A stretch of 15,866 nucleotides of DNA, taken from NCBI GenBank assembly GCA_043228905.1, contig JBHGNT010000774.1:1-15866 (forward strand), given 5' to 3'. The notes under the pieces are model-generated. The model was not told where the DNA came from. It saw only the letters and a list, made by a program, of their open reading frames with translations, and searched no databases. Both the position numbers and the translations under genes were made by a program. This DNA is from Azolla caroliniana (taxonomy: Eukaryota > Plantae > Polypodiophyta). Positions 10,306 to 15,866 of the stretch are shown here, one piece after another (position 1 is the first letter of the stretch; every line of letters starts with the position of its first letter).

Positions 10306-11252
10306 CATAGATTGAGATATACGCATTCATGGGACCTCCCCTATGAATACCAACGAATACGTATAAGAATATTTCTTCCAATATTCGTTAACTTTTTTTT
10401 TCCCCTTTTTTTCCCTAATTTTTTTTTGAAAAAATGCATTCGACGAGTAGCGAATAGAGAAGAGCTCTGCAAGGAATAGCAATAAGCAATCAACAAGGAA
10501 CAACATCAAACATCGGCTCCTCGAAATTTAGGGTTCGACTGCGTCCTTTCCTCCTCCTGCGTAAGACATACACTCGGACAAAACAATACAAAGCAATAAG
10601 AGATATCATTCAAACTAGGGTAAAACAGATATGATCCAAGATAGAGATCACTCAAATTAGGTTAATCAGAAGGAATCCATAAAAGATACCACTCAACTTG
10701 GGTAGCAAAAGAAAGAAAGGAAAAAGAAAAAGAAACAGAAAGAAACCCATAAAATGTAAAGAGTCAATGAGGTTCAAAGCAGAAGAGAAAGAAGAATCTC
10801 ATCAAAGGTATCATTTCTCATAAATATAGGTTAAGACAAGAGGAGAGAAACAGGGGGGGGATAAGTTATAAAAAATTTCCATGATTTGTTTACCTTGAGA
10901 TCACAGGAGGGGATGCCTTGGCAGGGGTGGGCAGCAGCAACAATCCACAAGTTGTTGTCAAGGATGCCATGGGCAAAAGGCCAAAAGCAAAAGAAGCAGC
11001 AATGGCTATGGAAGCTTGAGGCACTCAATGGGTTCCACTAGTGGTTTTGATTTTTGAAGACCTTCCATTTTTCTATTAATTGGTGATTTTTCCTTCTTCT
11101 TTTTTTAAGTGAATTGAATCATTTTTATTATGTAAATTTATTTTCCATAAACGAATGGTTTTATAATATTCTTGGAGCAATTTTATATTCTCGAATACTA
11201 CGAATATTGCGGATGTCGAATACCACGCATATCACGCATGGGTCAATCTATG
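10306..11252. mobile_element. Non-autonomous TIR DNA transposon (947 bp), probably hAT-type
   Basis: Perfect terminal inverted repeats CATAGATTGA/TCAATCTATG. Flanks GCTGGTAC (10298-10305) and GTTGGTAC (11253-11260) form an 8-bp TSD with one C/T mismatch. Subterminal CGAATA-type repeats at both ends. Removing it restores gag YQDGTSIAEH. Confidence 0.88.
10490..10970 (-). other. Putative captured two-exon gene fragment (47-aa spliced ORF, transit-peptide-like start)
   Basis: ATG at 10970 in CCCATGGCA context; donor AAG|GTAAAC at 10893; T-rich 337-nt intron; acceptor TTACGCAG|G at 10557; stop ends at 10490. Prediction by eye only. Confidence 0.4.
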
Positions 11253-11600
11253 GTTGGTACCATCTTGATACCGGAGTCTCACGATTTTTCTGAAAACTAA
11301 GACTCTGTTCACAACGTTCTTGTTCTCGAACATTATGCCAATCTTCTTCCAAACGACGTCAGAACTCGTCTCTTCATCAAAGTTTTTGTATAGACTCATG
11401 TCTACAGAACACCTTATATATGCATCCGACTTCGGATGCATGACTTCCCAAGTTGATGCATCGATCTTGTCTGGCTTTGTCTTTCTGTATTGCACCAGCA
11501 ACCACAAGTCTTTGCACACGAGCATATTCCTCATCTTTGACTTCCACATAGAATAGTTGGATCCGGTTAACTTGAACATTCCACTGAAATGTTCGTCCAT
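11253..11600 (-). pseudogene. Copia C gag N-terminal part
   Basis: MDEHFSGMFKLTGSNYSMWKSKMRNMLVCKDLW...VRLRYQDGT, homologous to B gag and cut by the TIR element. Confidence 0.92.
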
Positions 11601-11601
11601 C

Positions 11602-11613
11602 GCTCTGATACTA
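11602..11613 (-). other. Primer binding site (tRNA-iMet) of C
   Basis: Minus strand TAGTATCAGAGC (11/12 match), 3 nt after the LTR-terminal CA. Confidence 0.88.
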
Positions 11614-11616
11614 CTT

Positions 11617-12154
11617 TGTCAGGATCGTAACCGGCCACAACTGGTTTCTCGTATGTATATTCGGGTGCAAAGACAGAGATAAAAGTCCACAGACACACAA
11701 AAATGAGAAACTCAAGGAGACACAGGTATTTAACATGGAAAACCTGAAAGGGAAAAACCACGTGGAGTCCACAAACTCCAAAATAGATCACTATGGGGAA
11801 AGAAGTACAACAAGACGATTCAAGGCAATAACCTTGAGCTCTTCTTCGTCAAGTGACGGCTATAGAGTTACACACTCTTTCACTCTCTCTCACTCTCACT
11901 ACTAGTTACAAAGGCAACAACCTTCTCTAACTATACAACAATGATCCAACTACACATCATAAAGTTTTCCCTAGTTGTATTTATAAGTTTATATAACTTT
12001 TTGGCTATTTACCGGTATAGCCCACATGGGGCACATTTAGACTATTTAAAAATATAGTCTCCCGATTTCAATTTTGGCCTTGGCCGAAATACTCATTGAA
12101 CTCTATCATATTCGGTTCGTTCTCTTCCCATCCGGAGGGCCCTGTTTCACAACA
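11617..12154 (-). repeat. 5' LTR of C (538 bp)
   Basis: Minus strand TGTTGTG...TGACA, homologous to LTR B. TATAAATA at 11978-11985. Plus-strand RT of D starts immediately after. Confidence 0.9.
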
Positions 12155-13043
12155 TGCCCAACTGGTGGCCAAGGGCTACGTGCAACAGTATGACCCCAAC
12201 TACGACAAAACATTCACACTAGTTGTCAAAATGACAATCATCCAGGTATTGCTAATTGTAGTGGCGGCGAAGGGATGACACCTACACCACCATCTTCAAG
12301 TTTAGAATGACAGACTACAAATCCATCTCGACTCCTCTAGAGCAAAACTTGAAGTTTCGCCAAGGTTCAGGAACGATGTGCGACTTGACACGGTTTTGAC
12401 AGATAGTCGAAAACCTGATATACTTTACCATCACCCGATCGGACCTCAGCTCTTGGTCAGACTGATTAGTCAGTTTATGTCACAGCCTACCATTGACCAC
12501 CTTCAGTGTGCGTAGAGGATATTGTGATATGTTAGCGTCACTAAGGACAGGGTATTGATGTATCGAACCGGTGTAGCCGGACAATTGGTCGGGTACATGG
12601 ATGCCAATTGGGCCGGAAATGCTGATGATATGCATTTTCATTGGGGAGCGCCGCGATCACCTGGAGTAGCAAGAAGCAGCCGACAATTGCATTGTCGAGC
12701 ACTAAGGCCGAATACAAAGACTACTCCTATCCCAACATGCGATGCCATATGGCTCAAAAGGCTCTTGAATGATCTGCAGATGGAGGTGTCCGAGCCAACA
12801 GTGATATACTGTGACAACCTCAACAATATCCAGCTAGTAAAGAACACCATCTTTCACTCTCGCACAAAGCACATTGAGGTGCGTTATCATTTTCTCCACG
12901 AGCGAGTTCTCTCCGGCAAAGTCGAACTTGTGTATGTTTGGACAGATCGGTAGGTTGCCAATATCTTCACCAAACCTCTTGGCCTAGACAAGTTGCAGCA
13001 TTTCTCAAGTATGCTTGGCCGTCAGCACCTCGACATGCCAAAC

Positions 13044-13054
13044 TTGAGGGGGAG
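13044..13054 (+). other. Internal PPT-like tract TTGAGGGGGAG at end of RNase H (element D)
   Basis: Identical to the tract in A (435-445) and to the PPT at 14356-14366. Confidence 0.55.
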
Positions 13055-13762
13055 AAGTAGTGAAAGCAAAAGCGAAAGGGAGAGAGATGAAGTCGGAAAA
13101 GCCGAATCGAATGTAGAATTCGATTTCGAGACGGCTAAAGAAGTCGGAATGTCTGGATCGACTGAAGAAATTCGAGGACGGATCGGACGAGAGGACAAGT
13201 GGAAGGAGAACAACTAAAGGAAGACTATCTAGTTGTAGGGGGAGTGGTCGAAAAAGACAGCCAAAGATGGAGCCAATTGAACAAGGGGGAGGTAGAGCTG
13301 AGAAGGGCAAGGCAAGTGGCAGAGCCAACCTAAAGATGAAGGTTAGGACCAGGACATAGTCAGATATGGTCAAGGGCTTGAAGGAGGACGAGTTGGAGAC
13401 AGCCAATTCGGTTGAGAGCAGTAACGGATCGTAGATAGCTGATCCAGTAGAGAGAAGTGAGCCAGACGAGACGGATCATGTGAAGGCTAGACGGACAAGG
13501 AGGCAGCTGAAGTCAACACCGATACGGAGGAGCCAACAAGTCGAGGGGCGCCAATGTCGTAAAGCAAGGGAGCTGACAAGGGCCTCGAAAGCAGTCAACT
13601 CAGTCATAGGGGTCAAGGAACGTGGAACCAGACGTGTCGAGGAGCATTGGACCATAGGGGTCGTGGGATGCAGGACCAAACCGGACAAGGAGCACGAGCA
13701 AGGCATGAAGACGCTAGGAGAAGTGAAGGTTGTTGACACAATGAACCGACCTCAAGTTGAGC

Positions 13763-13773
13763 TTGACGAGGAG
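13763..13773 (+). other. Degenerate polypurine tract of D
   Basis: TTGACGAGGAG immediately before the LTR TG, with 2 mismatches to TTGAGGGGGAG. Confidence 0.75.
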
Positions 13774-14215
13774 TGTTGAGTGGACAAGCTCAACATGGGC
13801 CGATCGGTTGAATAAGTCGAAAGTCGGATCGTGCATAGGTCAATCTACTAGGCCCGAATCGGCTAAATAAGCCATAAGCCGAATCAATTAGTCAAGTCAG
13901 ATGGAATCCGACAAGCTGTTAGGGAGCCTAGATGCCTATTTGGCCTATTTTAGGGTAATTAGTGTCAGTCTGAGTTAATGAGCATTAAAGTACGTGTCAA
14001 TACTTTTGTCAGTCCTTTTGAAGGACTTGTATAAAAAGTGCTCTCTAAGCACATTCTATGTACTGAGTATTATTTTTTGCAATAGAGTTTTTGTGTCTGC
14101 TCACTTAGTGTCTCTCTCTCTACTACTCTATGTTTACCTAATTAGCTATTTTTTGTTGTCTAGCCGAGCCGGTTGTGTTCGCACATAACGCTTCCACACA
14201 TGTAATCCTTTTACA
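13774..14215 (+). repeat. LTR D1 (442 bp): 3' LTR of D and 5' LTR of the mini-element
   Basis: TGTTGAG...TTTTACA, preceded by a PPT and followed by a PBS. Aligns end to end with 14367-14823. TATAAAAA at 14030-14037. Confidence 0.95.
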
Positions 14216-14227
14216 TAGTATCAGAGC
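14216..14227 (+). other. Primer binding site (tRNA-iMet) of mini-element
   Basis: TAGTATCAGAGC directly after the LTR CA, followed by GCGAGGGTT as in A's leader. Confidence 0.9.
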
Positions 14228-14355
14228 GCGAGGGTTAGAAGAATCCTCTGTAGTCGACACGTGAACAAGCACAGAGACAAGCTTTTGTCTTCCGGAGAAG
14301 AAAAGACAGGAACATGGATCGATGCCGAAGTTGACGAACCGACCTCAAGTTGAGC

Positions 14356-14366
14356 TTGAGGGGGAG
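14356..14366 (+). other. Polypurine tract of mini-element
   Basis: TTGAGGGGGAG immediately before the LTR TG. Confidence 0.9.
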
Positions 14367-14823
14367 TGTTGAGTTGTCAAGCTCAACATGGGCCGATTGG
14401 CTGAATAAGCCGAAAGCTAGATTGGACATAGGTCGATGGGCTAGGTCCAAATTGGCTTAATAAGTCGTAAGCCGAATCAGCTAGTTGAGACAGATGGAAT
14501 CCGACAGGTTGTTAGGGAGCCTAGATGCCTATTTTAGTAAATAGGCCTATTATAGGCTAATTAATGTCAGGCTTAGTTAATGAGCATTAAACTACGTGCC
14601 AATACTTTTGTCAGTCCTGACTCCTTTTGAAGGACTTGTATAAAAAGTGCTCTCTGAGCACATTCTATGTACTGAGTATTATTTTTTGCAATAGAGTTTT
14701 TCTGTCTGCTCACTTAGTGTCTCTCTCTCTACTACTCTGTGTTTACCTAACTTTTTGTTTCTGTTGTCCAGCCGAACCAGCTGTGTTCGCACATAACGCT
14801 TTTATAAACGTAATCCTTTTACA
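14367..14823 (+). repeat. LTR D2 (457 bp)
   Basis: TGTTGAG...TTTTACA. About 50-55 substitutions plus 9-, 7- and 1-bp indels versus LTR D1 (hand count). TATAAAAA at 14639-14646. Confidence 0.95.
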
Positions 14824-14879
14824 CACATACTCAATTACAATTTTCCACCTCTGGTCAAATTTATTAATTTCCTTTTTTG

Positions 14880-15860
14880 CACATTGTCAATCCATCCTAT
14901 CTCTACACACCACTCCCAATTGCAATATTAACTAGTAAAATTCTTACATAGTGGACGCCACTACTCAATTCCTTCTTGTGTGAAATGTTTCACTTTCTAT
15001 CTCATAGGGTATATTTGACTCTAGATTGAAGATATGAAGATATGATTTGGAAAATGGCATCAAATTTGTTTAATTACTTTTTTGTAATGCCAATATATCA
15101 CAACCTAGGAAAGATATGAAGGCTCAAGTTTCACACATTACATTACACACGTTGCCCCAAACTACAAATCCATATCTTCTTCTAGAATAGGGAAACAACA
15201 ATCTTGAATACATGCTAGAGTTCATTACTATTTTGCCATCCACACACCATTGTGTCAAAACAATTTGCACACATTCTCCTGAATGTGAGATGAGGCATTG
15301 GGGTCCAAGTGAGGATACCCAACAACCATACATAGTTTGCCTTGTACAAGTGTTGGGGTTAAAGAGTATCACACTTTGATACAATTTGTTGCATTTAACC
15401 AAATTTGAGTTTGCTTTCAACGTATTGTCATTCCAACCCACTGCATACACCGTCCTTCTCACAATGACTATGTCCACTCTTGATTACAATGTTTATTAGA
15501 AAAATTCTTCAACATCAAGAGCCACTACACAATTCCACACACAGTAAACTTATGGTATCATAGATCATATTTGACCTTCAAGGACCATAATGAAATCTCC
15601 CTCCCCCCTTCTCTATCTCTCATCATATGGGAATGAATGGTGGCTTATATGTGAGTCTTTTTTTACCTTCAAAGTTCACATGTATTGACCCCCACTTTTA
15701 AACAACATATGTTTGCTTGTTAGATGTGAACTATCTTTTTTAACATTAGAATCTAATGTTCACTCTAACTCTATGATAAAGGCATCAACGTTGTCATAAA
15801 ACAAAATATCATTGCATTACATGTGATGATGAAGTAAATCTTGAATTATCCATATTGGAA
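14880..15860 (-). pseudogene. Possible highly decayed Mutator-like (MULE) transposase remnant
   Basis: Motif shadows appear in the expected order across different frames: PIWIIQ, VYCVW...LKN (15504-15549), F.TQWC (~15245-15262), TQEGIE*W (~14958-14981), RMD* (14887-14898). Needs several frameshifts. Confidence 0.3.
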
Positions 15861-15866
15861 AATGCT

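Larger units (their letters stand above)
7583..12154 (-). mobile_element. Ty1/copia LTR retrotransposon C (same family as B), interrupted by B and by a TIR element
   Basis: LTR, PBS, gag, PR, IN and RT on the minus strand. RT breaks at DFLILLLYVDDMLI, where LTR B begins. Confidence 0.94.
12156..13779 (+). pseudogene. Copia D RT (core deleted)-RNase H-C-terminal extension
   Basis: AQLVAKGY...VVKMT; GYMDANWAG; CDAIWLKRLL...YCDN...HSRTKHIEVRYHF...IFTKPLG...LRGR. The extension has one frameshift and some stops and ends at TGT TGA, the first 6 nt of the LTR. Confidence 0.9.
12155..14215 (+). mobile_element. Ty1/copia LTR retrotransposon D (family of A), 3' part, interrupted by C
   Basis: RT remnant, RNase H, extension, PPT and LTR on the plus strand. 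Confidence 0.93.
13774..14823 (+). mobile_element. TRIM-like non-autonomous mini retrotransposon sharing an LTR with D
   Basis: LTR, PBS, 151-bp internal segment (PBS and PPT included), PPT, LTR. No coding capacity. Confidence 0.85.

Noticed and set aside
10561-10906. Plus-strand intron (GTAAGA...CACAG) and short ORF GGDALAG...MGKRPK in the TIR element
   Set aside because: The intron would be A-rich with no pyrimidine tract. The minus-strand model fits plant intron composition better.
13055-13779. Extension as an env-like gene
   Set aside because: It is highly charged with no transmembrane segment or signal peptide, and in A it is fused in frame to RNase H.
13994-14935. Duplicated hydrophobic ORFs 13994-14188 and 14627-14935
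   Set aside because: They are translations of the two LTR copies; T-rich sequence gives spurious hydrophobic peptides.
15124-15477. 117-aa minus-strand ORF as a host gene
   Set aside because: It starts at GTG and has no recognisable domain over its length. At most it is partly one frame of a decayed transposase.
1-15866. CRISPR array, tRNA/rRNA genes or prokaryotic systems
   Set aside because: There is no repeat-spacer periodicity. tRNA similarity is limited to 12-nt PBS motifs, and the content is plant transposon DNA.

Overview
Land-plant repetitive DNA (possibly a fern or bryophyte; weak inference from the Copia types) with no intact host gene. About 14.8 kb is a nested stack of four decayed Ty1/copia LTR retrotransposons, and each junction can be read to the base. 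A (1-5191, minus) sits in the integrase of B (5192-7582, minus). B sits just after the RT YVDD motif of C (7583-12154, minus). C sits in the RT of D (12155-14215, plus). The missing ends of all four lie left of the window. B and C are one Tto1/Tork-like family; A and D are a second family. C gag is split by a 947-bp TIR element (10306-11252, hAT-like) that appears to carry an intron-containing captured gene fragment. D's 3' LTR is also the 5' LTR of a TRIM-like mini-element (LTR-PBS-151 bp internal-PPT-LTR). The most unusual signal is a long extension of the A/D polyprotein beyond RNase H, with two motifs conserved through mostly synonymous changes. The right flank may be a very old Mutator-like transposase remnant. 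All alignments and counts were done by eye.
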